Origin: Amphiscolops sp. MND2022
Lineage: Eukaryota
Assembly: GCA_964187785.1 (NCBI GenBank)
Contig: OZ076415.1
Location: 55,924,001 to 55,988,000, forward strand
Length of the DNA: 64,000 bases
Direction of reading: 5' to 3'
In this document: positions 11,501-24,000 of the stretch, in pieces
Layout of the letters: every line of letters begins with the position of its first letter
How positions within the stretch are numbered: the first letter of the stretch is position 1
Position numbers and translations under genes: made by a program
The notes under the pieces: generated by a model
What the model saw: the letters and a program-made list of their open reading frames with translations, nothing else
What the model was told of the DNA's origin: nothing
Databases searched by the model: none

Positions 11501-14500
11501 CTCAATTCCTCTTTTATTGGAAAACCTTTCAGAAATTAATTCTTTCTACTATAAAACTTTTCCTCTAGTTTCTGGAAAGCCAGAGCTTCCTTCCGGCTAG
11601 GGTTGACCATCGTCTGATGCAAGTTAATTAGCTCTACAGGCTCTGTAATATCTCTTCTGGTTGAACCATATCTCGAAGAGAAACCCACAAGACTGGATGC
11701 TCGTGGAACGTCTTGAGCAGGAGCGCAAAGTATTGCCCGTGAGTTGGTCAACTAGAAATCAGTTCAGTTAATCCTTTCGTTGTGGGTGTTCTCTGGGCAG
11801 ACACACCCCATCTTTACGGCAGAGGCACTTCCTGGCATATCCAGATGCAAGTCCTCTTCACCATTCAGCCTCTTCAGAATAAGATTCTGGAATCTTCTCT
11901 CATTCTCTGGAATGCCAGAGTGGTCCGCCAATTTGTTTTAATTAGTTGTTGACCAAAGGGTCAAAGAGCTTCGGCGAGAACACTTTCGGCATTGAGACTT
12001 TTCGGCTTTATGAGCCTTTTTTTCCATTACGATATAATGCCGCAACGAACTAGCAAGATCTTGCTAGTCTGATTAACAGCCAATAGAACCGCGTTATTAT
12101 TTCTGATACGCGGTACGAGTTTTGCTCGTTACACTGTGTGATTTGGCGTTACGCGTAGTGATCAAACTACAGCTAATGACTACTTTACACTCTCTACAAT
12201 TACGTACTTTGACTGGTTTCCACTTCACACACGAAGACGGAAATTGATTGTTTTACACTTTAACCTGGTACACAATTTGACTGGAATTCACTTTCAAAGT
12301 ATTCACGCATGTAATTATATAAATTAGTCAAATTAGTGTACATGTAAACCAGTCAAAGTGAATAGTGTGAAAGTCAACCTAATTACCGACTGCAATTACA
12401 ATGTGAAGCGTTTTTGTTAAGTAAGAAAGCAATACGATGTATCGTTTCTTTGGTGTAAACTAGTCAAACTTTGATCACTTTCCCCGTTTTCAATGAATGA
12501 TATTTCTAAGTACTCGAAAAGTGAATTCTAGTCAAACATTGACTAATTTACGTGGTAGATAGCTCTAAGTACTCGAAAAGTGAATTCTAGTCAAACGTTG
12601 ACTAATTTACGCTTTATACACGTTACGGAATTGAGCCAATGGTAGGTTGAAATTCTTGACTGGTTTCCACTTTTCTCTAATTACGCTCAATGACCAAAAT
12701 CCGCAATTTCTAATTACACTGTGCATCAAAATTGACGATGAACACATTGCATGATTTCATGCTGTTTGACTAGATTAGGTTCGTTCTCGTTTTACGGAAA
12801 AGACACTTTACACTTGATGATAAATTCCACTTTTGCGGCATTTGTATCGTACTGTCGAAATTTTTTAAATGTCCCCAAATTTGAACTTTTTCAAATGTCC
12901 CCAAAGAGTCCTCCTTTCATTTTTTTGATATTTTGCAACAGAACGAATGTTAAAAATCCCAAAGGGTCCTTTTTCATACTTTTCGGCACTTTGAGACTGT
13001 TCAAAATTCTCATTTTTAAAAATATTTCTGCTTTAGCAGGAATATTATTGTAACCTCAAACTTTCTACTTTTTTTCAGTACAATTTTTTGGACGATACTG
13101 AATAATTCAGATATTTTGTTCGGCAGTGACTGTAAGCGTGGGAAATAAATTTCTCAAGCTGCCGACAACAATTCAATTCTAGTGCGATGGAACGAGCGAG
13201 TGGTAATTATCCATTCGTATGCTGACGTCATTGAGATGAAGCGAGCGAATGTTCGCAATTGTGCTTTCGTTGCCCCGAGTTATTGAGATGAAGCGAATGA
13301 GTGTTAATTATTCGTTCGTTGAGAGCTTCGCCTGCATTCAAATGCGAATGCGAAACTTCGTCTACGCTTAGTAGTTATATTTTCTTTAGTCCGAGAAGAA
13401 TTAAAGGCGGTGTAAACTTGTACAGTGATTACATGTAATTGTGCGCTAAATAATGATTAAACAAGAGTGCATTGGTATTCCAGATATGATTCTTTTATTA
13501 ATGAATTTTTTGTTTCAAAAAAATAAAGATTAAAGCAGAAATAGTACTGAGCCCCGGAGGGCCCTATTTTTTGAAAAATTTTTATTTAAAGACTCCTCTT
13601 TTTTTGTTTTTTTTTTCAAAAATTTATAATGTCTACAAAAGGTCCACCCTTCTCTTTGTTTGATATCTTGCAAAAAATCCTAACGGGTCCCTTTTTTCAG
13701 ATTTTTCGGCACTATGAGATTGCCATTAAAATTTCTCATTTTTGTGTTTTTCGAAATTTTTTTATTAAAGAGTCCCCCTTCAATTTTTGGAAATTTTGCA
13801 ACAGAATGGATGTTAAAAAATCTCAAAGGGTCCCCTCTTTCACACTTTCCGGCATTGTGACATTTTTCAAAAGGAATAACTTTCGTGTTAAAATTAGGTT
13901 TTCTCAGGTCCGGCACCCTATATCCGATTTTTGTTGTTTTAAAAGACCGGTGTTTTTTCTATGCGACTTTTTTTTAAAAATTGTTTCACAGAAGCCCCTC
14001 CTCAATTTTTGCCAGAAACGAAACGTTTTGCGAGAGTTAAGGACTCCTCAAGGTTTTTGGCACTATGCGACTTACCGGAGACCATCAAAAATTTTTTCGA
14101 AAAATTTCGAATTTTTTTCCTCAATTTTCTGTTTTTTAAAAGGTTTTTCGTTGAGAAAGATGCGTTTTTTGCTGTTTTCAGTTGGGGAAGAATGGTTTTC
14201 GAGACTTATGGGTATCCTTTCGGGTATTTTTTGGCGCTGTATGTTGTAAAATTGATGAAATTTTAATGTCCTTTTACCCTTGGTTCTCCTTATGATATTG
14301 CTTATTTGGTTTTCTTCAAAAGTTCGCAAGTGTTTGCGAAGCACGGCTTCGCCTCTGTGTATTTTATGGGCTCTAATAAGTTTTGCAATAAATTAGGCAA
14401 GCTTTTATTTTGAATAAATTTCTTCATGAGTTTTCTTAGCCAGCCCTGATCATGATGTTCGATGTCAAATTCGTTGTTATAGCTTGAGCTGGACGTTCTG

Positions 14501-16571
14501 AATAAAGCCAGTACCGATATCAATGTTTTGGAGAAGTCATTGGAAGAAGAAAGACGGAGCTATGACCAAACTTTTGCTGAAGTCACTCAAAAGTTGAATT
14601 TCCTTCAAAGCAAATTAAAATCAGCCATTGAAAAGGCTCGGACATATTATGATCTGAAGGAGAAATTCAAAACGGTTCGTATGATCAGTACCTTTCTGAC
14701 TGATTAGTTTGGTCAGCATATTGTACAAAATATTGATTCATAATTGAGAAGCCAAGTTTTTATCACAATGATAAATTGCACTTACTGATTGCCCTGCATT
14801 TGTTCTAATCCGTAACGTTTGCGTGTAATCGGCGATCAAAAATAATTCAGCGAGAAATTCCCTCAACTTTATTGCCCGTTTATTCTCAAATATTTACTCC
14901 ATGAAATCCTTCACAATTTACTGCTGTAAACCCTATTTTTAGTCTGTGTGTACTTGCAATTACTACTTCACCCCGACGAGAATTGAAATATGAAAAAAAT
15001 GAACGTCATAGCTGTGATTGTTCCGGAGTTGAAGTTCTCTCAGCGTCCTCCCATTTTTTGTGTCCCATCTATATCATTTGGTTAATCGAATAATTTTGAC
15101 AGATTCGGTTCGACAAATCAGCTGATGATCTTAGCAGACAAACCGTGTATTAACCGATTTTTCAAACAGATGGTTAAACCATTATGTAAATCTCAGATCC
15201 CTGGTTCGGACCTGAATTCGCATGTTCCGAAGCATTTGTTTGTCGTTCAGGCACAAGCAGCGGCTCAGACCGCAGCCAAGCGATATGACCGTGCCATCTC
15301 TTCACACCAGGCAGCCCAGCAGATGGTGTCTGTGGCGGAAGTCGGCTTCAAGAACAGTGCCAGAGCTGCTTCCAGTCTAGCTAATGGTGGAGGTGGTGCT
15401 GAGACTTCTTCCGCATCCTCTCATCATTCTTCCAGCTCAAGTGACTCTGGTTCCAACTTCCAGAGTAAACAACAAAAAGGTCATTCTTTTTCTGTGCCAG
15501 AAATGCATTGCATGTACATGTTTTGTTAAGTCATCAATGAGCGCTGATGTATATGGCTGAATAATTTCATAGTCGGTTTCTGTAGAACTTGAAATGGAGA
15601 GAAAGGTGTTCAATGCGCTCCTTTGCTTCATAATTGGGAAAACTGTTATTCTGCAGTTAAGACCCATTTCATTCTCCGTTTAGTTTGCTGCTGTTCATGT
15701 TAGAAGTGATTGGTGTACTTTACAGGACCCTCGTTGGGTGAGCAGCGCAGTAGTGGGGGGTCATTCGATCTTGCGTGGCAAGAGATGCTGAACGTGGCAG
15801 TGGCCAAAGTGAACCTCGCTGAACGAGAACTTGCTGTGACTGAAGCAGAACACCAGGCCAAGATGCTTAGTGTTGCTGAAATGGACACACAGCTCAAGCA
15901 CCTCTCCAAAGAATTCAAAGGATCCATTAAAAAGTCCAAGTTGGTGCTCATTTCTTGTCCACTTGTTGGTAAACGCGAGTGTCCGGAAAACTTTATTGGG
16001 ATTAGAAGCATCGGCGTATGGAAACCTAATGCTCCAGAACTAATTTGGTTTCTTTAAAAATTAAATGTCTTTATTTGGCCTTGGCTAGATATAATTCAGA
16101 AACACTTTTCGAAAATCCGATTTTCGTTCCTTATTCGCATTTCATGTGCAATTTGAGGGCGGTTATTGTACAGATTACTTTTTTCTTGAACATTTCCTGT
16201 GAGTTCATTTTACAGCCAACTTTTTTCTTGTTTTTAGTGATTAATGTGTTTTAGGCCCTACTACGAAGTAAAATCGATGAGCAATTTTCAATTCGAAGTT
16301 AGTATGTATTCTGGAAACCGTCTGGGCTGTTTCGAACTATGTTTGATATGCTGTGTGTTTGCAGGAGCAATTACGCAGAATAAAGCACATCGAGAGCAAG
16401 ATCAGTGAGAATAAGCAGAAGTACGCCACTGCTCTACGCAACCTGGAGGCCATCAGTGAAGAGATCCACTTCCGAAGGGAGAGCAGATTGGGGCCCAGGG
16501 GACAAGGAGTAGGGGCTGAACATGTGGACGATGACGTTGACCCATCACTGCATCCAGGGATGTTGAGCTAA
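8501..16571 (+). CDS. SH3BP5: SH3BP5/Sab-family coiled-coil protein (Rab11-GEF family), multi-exon
   Basis: Exons 8501-8569, 14483-14674, 15251-15479, 15726-15939, 16255-16297 and 16365-16571, all with AG/GT and compatible phases. Product: ..EDLDPRIQ|LELDVLNKASTDIN..AIEKARTYYDLK..FDLAWQEMLN..SIKKSK|PYYE..YATALRNLEAISEEIHFRR, matching the SH3BP5 motifs DPRIQ, WQEMLN, KSKPYFE and LxNLExISxEIH. Could be SH3BP5 or SH3BP5L type. Confidence 0.88.
9072..9246. mobile_element. Tc1/mariner(pogo)-like MITE
   Basis: TA-cagtggaagccgcttaaatgggacgc ... gcgtcccatataagcggtttccacgg-TA: 26-bp imperfect TIR with TA on both flanks. Confidence 0.75.
10214..11089 (+). mobile_element. 5'-truncated RLE-clade (CRE-like) non-LTR retrotransposon: zinc knuckle plus restriction-like endonuclease
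   Basis: Uninterrupted ORF: EKGDSGWLNALPL..FRDGLALRYG..CACGEPFEMSHALHC (CCHC)..RHNEIRD..VEIEP..ARLDI..FFDVK..KERKY..FSPLVFATTGG. Homology starts at about 10275 and no RT domain is present. Confidence 0.85.
11230..12030 (-). pseudogene. Heavily decayed gag-like ORF with possible CCHC knuckle remnants
   Basis: Minus-strand frames give MEKRLIKPKSL.., C-R-R-(x)-G-E-F-G-H-K-T-T-Y-C (about 11440, needs frameshift/deletion) and WCGRC..C..C (about 11270). Many stops; recognition is tentative. Confidence 0.3.
12190..12690. repeat. Low-copy repeat region with ttgactggtttccac/tagtcaaa motifs and a tandem duplication of about 58 bp
   Basis: ctaagtactcgaaaagtgaattctagtcaaac[a/g]ttgactaatttacg occurs twice (about 12507 and 12565). 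ttgactggtttccact occurs at about 12209 and 12657. Confidence 0.5.
13021..13570 (+). mobile_element. HINE-like family B, copy 1 (nested in family C)
   Basis: Starts with the hairpin aatatttctgct-tt-agcaggaatatt and ends taaagcagaaatagt + gccc-cgga-gggc + T-run. Near-identical to 45205-45746 apart from an 11-bp insertion (taaatttctca). Confidence 0.8.
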
Positions 16572-16819
16572 TAGATAGTGAAATAGAATATTGAACGAAA
16601 TTTGTTCATTTGAGCATTTCAGTTGAAATTTCCAATTATGTTCGAAATTGGAGAGATATTCACTGATTTTTAATTGGAGTCATGCTTGCACAACAGTGTT
16701 CTACCTTCGCTCGGATTCTCATCAGTTAAAAACGCATTTTGATTTCTGTTTCCCGAATTAGAGGTGAAGTTTATTAATTTGTACCCGCTAACATCCTTGA
16801 CTGTCATGCAGAAGATAGT

Positions 16820-17332
16820 ATGTCGAAGCAATCTACCCCAGTTTCCCGCATAAGAGAGAGGCAAGATCCAATAGGCGCAGACTCCCTGGAATTACACATC
16901 ACTCCTGTCATTTCTCCCAACCATAGGCAATACTCACAACTCACTCCCGAGGATGCCAAGTCGTTGGCTCTGGGTCAAACATCGGTTGATCAATTTCTGG
17001 TGGACGAATCCAGCACCTTATCGCTTTCTCAGCAGTTGGAGAATGACTTCAAACTGGACCCACATGGTATTTCGCAATCGGAAAGGAATGTCAACCTACC
17101 TGAGTCGGAAACTTTATCTTGTGGTGTGGACGATTCAGAATCAATATCATCGACATTTTCAACCCCCAAAAAGTTCGTCTTTGACTCCAAACCAGTGGAA
17201 TCTACCTTTTCACAAACCTTCAATCTTCCTAATACAGCCACGGGCTCTGGGCTGAAGAAAATCAGTCTTCGAGTTTCGCGTTCAGCTTCTGACGAAACAC
17301 TTTATCGCTCAGCGTGTAAACTTTTCCCCTGA
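16820..17332 (+). CDS. Ser-rich ORF, probable (alternative) last exon of the SH3BP5-like gene
   Basis: 170-aa open frame preceded by ctgtcatgcag. Low-complexity Ser/Thr-rich, like SH3BP5 C-tails. No clean phase-compatible GT donor was found in the preceding exon, so the join is unresolved. Confidence 0.45.
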   Translation: MSKQSTPVSRIRERQDPIGADSLELHITPVISPNHRQYSQLTPEDAKSLALGQTSVDQFLVDESSTLSLSQQLENDFKLDPHGISQSERNVNLPESETLSCGVDDSESISSTFSTPKKFVFDSKPVESTFSQTFNLPNTATGSGLKKISLRVSRSASDETLYRSACKLFP

Positions 17333-18092
17333 AATTTTGTATGGGTTCAGAATACTTTATCACTTGTTCATTTCCATAGAATCTTAGTTTGTGTTGGAGC
17401 ACCTTGTACAGTTTTACAATTTACCATTTCTCAATCTTTCTACCCTTGAAGCAAATGAATATTGTTTCTATCGCTATAGCAATGATACTTTCGGATGATA
17501 GAGAAAAGCCATCAAATGATGGTACGCATGAGTTTTTTGAGAACTGTTTTTTGACAAACTTCTGTTAGCGTTTAAAAAGTAAAATTTTATGTAAAGAAAT
17601 CCAGAGAACTAGTCATTGTAGTTTTACGAGTGTCCTTGAGATCATTTAGCGAATGGTTTAACCACGTGGCATAGAAGTCCATTCATTAGTGAACGTTTAT
17701 ATTTCTGCGTTTATAATTTGAGAAACGTATTCACCAACTGAAGCCTGAATTAGGTTGTTGTCGGTGCAAGTTCTATAGAGCTCAACAGAGATAAGTGAAA
17801 TTATATTACTTGTCTGTCAAAGACCTGTCAAGGTCTTTTTTTCTCAAATCTCGTCGCTTTTTTCAATATCGTAAATGTTAGAGGTTTTTTCCATCATTGG
17901 TGTCATGAATAGAGTCAGAGAGTAGCTTGTTGTAACAATTTAACCCAGTAATGTCTAGTTGTACTATTTGTTTAATATCTTGAAGTGTAAAAATAAGCTT
18001 GAAGTGTAACAGAATAATTAGAGCTGTGAAACAGACCTGGGACATTGAAAAGAGTCGCATTGAGGTTTTATTCCTTTTTTGTCTTTTCAGAA

Positions 18093-21000
18093 ATGGCCTT
18101 GGACAAGTGCAAGCTTGTTTTCAGAGGAGTTCCTCTCGATATCAGTGAGGTCAGTTTACAGAATATTAATTACTCTTTTGGTCAATCTTTTCGAATAAAA
18201 CGTCCTGGTTTTTGCTTGGCTTTGAACATTAACTTTGTACGTCTATGACTTGATAATGAGGTAGCTCACATGAAAAATTCTGCCTGAAATACCACTGGAG
18301 TTGGCGATGATAACTAAACGTGATCCTCATAACTTCGAGCTGAAAATCTTGACAGGTCTCTGAAAGGTTTTAAAAAATGAAAACAAAAATTCTCGTTGAA
18401 AGACATCTTTTCCATTTGAAATATTTTCTCAATTGAAATTCTTGCTTTGTGGCCAATTTCTCAAACATATTCAGCTTGGAAGATTGTTGAGCTTTCCGGC
18501 TCGTTAAAAGGACAACCCAAAAAGAAAAAATCTGTCCTTTCAATAATTGTCTTCATTTAGCGTATGACTTAAGTTGGGATGTCTCTCCGGATAAAACCCG
18601 GCCAATAGTTGATTCTGCTTCTATTTTAGAACGATTTCGTGAATTTCATCAAGCATCAATCGGGAGTAACGCCGAGAAGCGTCAACTTGGCCAAGTTCAC
18701 AGTCAACCCGACCAACCAAATGGGGTTAGTTTGTCACTTTTATAATCCTAGCTTCGTCTTTTAGAGCATTTGCAGATGACGTCAACCATCCGCCGAAAGT
18801 CTGGTGATAGATTACTCTCTGAAACAGTATCCGCCTTGTGCTCTCTGACTATTTCTTTGAAACTGTTGAAGTACTTGCTTAAACCTTCTGTCTGCAAACT
18901 TGATACTAAAATCCTGGTTGAATGTTTGTTTTTTTTAGAAAGCGCCGTGAAACAAATGGAGAAAGGTATCATTTAACTGTATCTTCAAAACTCATATTTA
19001 GGTTTCTTGACTGTCGAAATTATGTGAAAACTGAAAAAATCTGCTTGATTAAAATATTTCAATTCCTGAGGTGCGATTTTCATAGGTTTTCCGTTCATTT
19101 TGCCATTTTTGGTTTTTCAAATATTTAAAAAAAAATTTCGTTAAAATGTTTCACCTGACGACCATGATAAAATGTTCATCACGCCTGTGATATTTTATCT
19201 AACTCAGCGAGTCACAATTCGTTGTGTCTATTCAAGTAACACAGCCATAGTCCAAGGGGTGCATTCATTCAAAATTAATAAGTTTGCGTTTACGCAAAAT
19301 TTAAAAAAAGTAAAGTCTGGTTGGAATTGGACGTTTCACTCCGTTAAGTTGTTTTTAAATTGATTTAATCCGAGAATTTATATTGAAAGGATAGGCGAAT
19401 TTTCATCTATAAAAAGATGTTTGGATTTTTCTGATTTGTTTTTACAGTTTCAGATATATTACCGAGACTACAATGATAGCATTACGGGTTTGGCTTAAGC
19501 CTCGCGGTTTCTTACCTCACGGTTTGATATATCTTTGTGCCACTCTTAGCTCTGAATGTGCCTATTTCCCGATGAAACGTGATACAAATCGGCTTAACAT
19601 ATGGTTTTTGGTTATAACCGCTTTTCATGACCTGGGTGAAGTTTTGTCTGCACCAGTAAATGATGTAGCATCGTTTTTTGTCAAGTTTTCTTCAATGTAA
19701 TGCCGGATTATTTGCTGCTAGGAAGCCATTTATTTGGAAGGATATACAATAATATAAGTTAACAGAAGTTTATTAGACTTATGAATATTTCATCCAATCA
19801 GGGCAGAAAATGAGCTTAAGCAGCTCTTCGAGTTTCTGCCCACATCAAAAAAGTTCCGAATTTTTGTTGAGTTACAGAGAATTTGGCGAGTTACTCAAAC
19901 GCTTGATATCTTTGCGTATCCCTGTCTTTGAGCCAGTTTATGCTTGCCGTAATCTATTTTCAACCGATTTCGATTCAATGACAGTCCGACTGTAGGGGAT
20001 AGTCGCTTTTTGCTCCTTCTAGTATAATATGGATGATTACAAGCTGTATTTAGTGAACTGAGAGGTGATTCCATTCTCAATTGTTTGAAAACTTCTGCGA
20101 AAAGAAAGCTCCATTAGGTATATTTCGAATACAGTCATAATTTTGTTCCGTTCAAAAATATATCCAACAGTATCGTACTTCTTTCTGAAAAAAATAGCCC
20201 GTTTTCTTCGTTGAGCCTTTTCAATTTTATATAGATTGTCTTTCGCTTCACTCCCATAAGTCAGTATTCCATGAGAAATTGATTTACCAAACGAATTGTA
20301 GAACATTAAAAGGAATTTTATCGGATAAATTTCGCGAATTTTATAAATCATCCCTCTGATTTGATTCACTTTACGATATGCTCAATCTGATCTTGAAAAA
20401 GTAGTTTTTAGTCGGCGCTTCATGAAGTGAAACGCGACTATTATAGTGACTTTTTTCTATCCACACGAACTGACCAAAATAGTTCTTAAAAGTTCTACAA
20501 AATATTATTGCACTAAATTTCACCATTTGGCCTAGTGAACTGAACCAAAAAAGTTTTTCCAGTTTCTCCGCGTAACATACCATACCGGGCGAGACCAAAG
20601 GGTCCCCCTTTCATTTTTTCTCGGCACTGCGAGACTTTTCTTTCGAAAAAAATTTTCCCCAAAGGGTCCCCCCTTCAATTTTTTGCTGTTTTGGGTCAGA
20701 ATGGATGTTGGAAAATCCCAAAGGGTCCCCCCTTACAGTTTTTTTCGGCACTGAGATTTTTTCCGAAAATAAAATTTTCCCCTTGGATATGGCGCCGACT
20801 TGGGCCGGTCCCGGCTTGTTTTTTCTATTTTACTGCTCAAAGTTGTTTATTCGATCCAATTCCATTTGTAAAAAACATTGATTTCAGGGGCCAGCTTTCA
20901 CCATAGAATTATCGTCTGCAAAGATGAATATTTTGCTACTATTTCCAATATAACTGGGCAAATCATTGATATAGACTAACAAGCCGAGAACGGCCAAAGT

Positions 21001-24000
21001 CGGCGCCATATCTAAGGCTCAAAATTTAAAAGGGGGACCCTTCGGGCTTTGTGAAACTCCAGCTGGTTGCAAAAAATTTGAAAAAGATTTGAAGGGGGGA
21101 CCCTTTGGAGACATGAATCCCTTTGCGATTTTTTGACATCCATTGTGTTGCAAAATATCGAAACAAATGAAGGGGGACCCTCTGGTGCAATCCAAAAAAC
21201 TTCAAAAAAAGTGCTGAATAAAAGTGGGGCTAAGGTGTGTTTTCGAGGTTGTGGACGTCTGTTTTGTTTTTTCTTTTCGTTTTGGACGCGCTTCTGAGGT
21301 TGGAGTTGTTGAGGTTTGAAGTTGTTGAAGTTTGAGGTTGTTGAACAAATGAACAAAAAAGTGGACCTTTCGTGTCTAAAAAAAACTACCCAATATAATA
21401 GTCGGGCACATTTTCTACTAAAATGCGCCGACTAAAAACATGAAAGGTCCTAAGATCGATCCTTGATGCACGCCAGTATTGATCTGTAGTTCATCAGTCT
21501 TATCGTTAACAGTCTCTATATATTGGTATCTATTGGCTAAATTGTCTATCAAAATTTCAAAGATTGGTCCTCTGTAACCATAGGCATATATTTTATTCAA
21601 TATCGATGACCTGGGGTATCGAACGTTTTCTGGGGAACGATAAAACACGCTTGACCCGTTGACTTTTGTCAATTTTTTCTCTTATGTCGTCAGTTACAGT
21701 TCTGATTGCATGAACGCACGAGTTTTTTTCGAAACCCAAATTGCTCCAATGCAAACAATTTACTTTTTACGGAAAACTGAACCATGCGTTTGTACAAAAG
21801 TTTTTCAAAGATTTTGCTGATAGAACATAAACTTATCATCCTGTAGTTCTCTGGAAAAGTTTTATCTCCTTTTTTGAAAATAGGAACAACCTTCGCTAGT
21901 TTCAGGAATTCCGGATTTTCGAGATGCTCATATTAATAGCTCCACTCAGATATTTCTCGATTTCTGGGGAACAGTGTTTCAGCATTTTGTTGCTCAATCC
22001 CTCGTGACCCGTCCTTTTCTTACTTTTAGCGCGATTATTATTTGTGCCACTTCATTTCGTCACAGTAAGTGAGTACCATTGTCTTTTGAAAATTTGGTAC
22101 GTTCACTAGGCTATCGTATCCTGGGACTTCTGCTGATGGGATTCCTCCGATGGATGTGAAATATTAAGTTTTTTGATGTCTGGGATGACATTTTTGGGTT
22201 CATCTTTTGCCACTTGATATTTCAGTGTGTGGTATATGGTTTTACTGGAGGGGTTAAGTCCGGGTTTTTTGTAGTTACAATCTCGCTTTGCATTTCTAAA
22301 TAGTGATGTAACTATATTTCTTTGTCTCTTGTACAAATCCTTGTTACTTGTACAGATCCCTGTTTCATGTTTTTTTTGCTTGTAGTTTTTTCATGTAATA
22401 TATTTCATGTCAGGTAAGAGACACCTGCCGAAGTGATATTTTCAACTTGAGATCTACTAGGAAGCATTCTCTGGCAACGTTATCATTCGATTATAACGTA
22501 TTTAGTTGAAATGGTTTCAGTTTTCGTCGAATTATATGTGAAGGAAGATTAAGGTCGTCCCCGGTTTCTATGTATTTGATTTAAACTTTTTTCGTAGAAA
22601 TGAAATAATTAAAAATAAAAAAACTGAACAACTACAAGTAGAACGAAAACATTTCGAGTAAAAATAACAGGACACTTTTTCATTTGAACTGTCTCTTTCG
22701 TTTCAAAATACTGTGCGATGTTTTTTTGAACTTCGAAAGGGGCCATTAGCTATGGTTTCTGTTAACCAGCATTCAGGGAGTTTTCAAATGTGACTTGAAA
22801 TCTGTTTCTGTCTTGCAGGTTCGTGGAGTTCGACAACGAGAGAGATGCTGGGATGGCTCTGTGCAGCTGCATGCAGGCTGAGTACCTCGGTCACACCATC
22901 ACAGTGAGTTATTTGAAAGATAAACCGAAGCAGGAAGAGTCGACTGCCCATGATCACAGATCCGACTCACAACCACCTCACAACCAGTGATGACCATTTA
23001 AAATAAAACACTGCAGTTTAGTTTCGTTAGCAAGCATTTGTAGTAACGCACAAAAGCACTGGCGTGAGTGTAGGTTATTATGGTATAAATGTATGGTATA
23101 AATAAAGAATTTAAACCCCTTTCAATGGAAGTTTGATATCTATAGAAAATCACCCCTTGGAAGGACCTGAATCTGGAAAGTGTTGAACCAAGGCTCATGA
23201 CATGTTATCTCATTATTGAGTGCTGTCGGCTGCGTTCTGGAGGCTTCTCTCCATTTTCCTCATTTTTCTACCATAAACCATTGGTCATCATTAACAGAGG
23301 TGGAAGACAAAGATTTCAACCTAATTCAAGGCCTGTTACAAACAACCCACCTTTTGCTCCCGTCACGGAGAGCCAGCCAAACGCGCAAAGTGAGTATCGA
23401 ACATAGGAAAAAGTAGTTCATGCAATCAGTTGACTGTAGAGCTCAATTGCGTCATTCAAAGTTGGCAATGAAATGCCCGGAATAAATGGTCATATATGTT
23501 CCTTTGCTCAACTTCGTAGAAATATCTTCGGAATCTACTATCTTTGTTGTTTAGGACAAGTTCAGCGATTAAACAATGAGGAGAATTTCAAGTTGTGTGT
23601 CTACCAAGTTGCCAAAGATGCTGACAAAGTTAGTTCTAACAGTATATGAGTCACGCTCACTCAAACATCTAATCCATCACCGGATGACTTCTTGAGTGTT
23701 GAAAATAAGTTTTCATTTCCCAACAAAATTGAACTCTACTGAAAAACAAGACGGGAACGTCTAAAGTCGGCGCTATATCTAAGGCTCAAAAAGCGCAAAG
23801 TTTTTAAAATTGTAAAAGGGGGGACGATTTCGGCTTTCCGAAAATCCAGTTTGTTGCAAAATATCAAAAAAATGAAGGAGGGCCTTTCGAGACATTTAAA
23901 AAAATTCGAAAATTTTTTTGTAGAAATTTTTTCGAAAAAAAAATGAGAATTTTGAAAGTCTCATAGTGCCGAAAAATTTGAAAGGGGAGACCTTTTGGGC

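Larger units (their letters stand above)
9848..14362 (+). mobile_element. HINE-like family C element split by nested insertions (pieces about 9848-10050 and 12870-14362)
   Basis: 5' palindrome cacttgc-gataa-gcaagtg (9850-9868). 3' subTIR cgcaagtgt (14325-14333) followed by hairpin gcgaagc-acg-gcttcgc (14336-14352). Both pieces are colinear with the copy at 51976-53546. That they form one element is an inference. Confidence 0.6.
19750..22420 (-). mobile_element. Decayed L2/CR1-type LINE (RT region), interrupted by two family-A elements
   Basis: Minus strand reads KLAKVVPIFKKGDKTFPENYRMISLCSISKIFEKLLY (about 21900), TGVHQGSILGPFMF | LVYINDLPSYIGNSSKIFIFADDN (20830-20977), and GMIYKIR..FYNSFGKSISHGILTYGS..IEKAQRR (20037-20369). 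Outer boundaries are approximate. Confidence 0.85.

Noticed and set aside
13629-14266. Phe/Lys-rich ORFs of 70-206 aa here and at 23896, 27107, 36982, 40722, 41501, 52587 and 59323-59935
   Set aside because: Chance open frames in the repetitive family A/C elements; no domain motifs, and they overlap on both strands.
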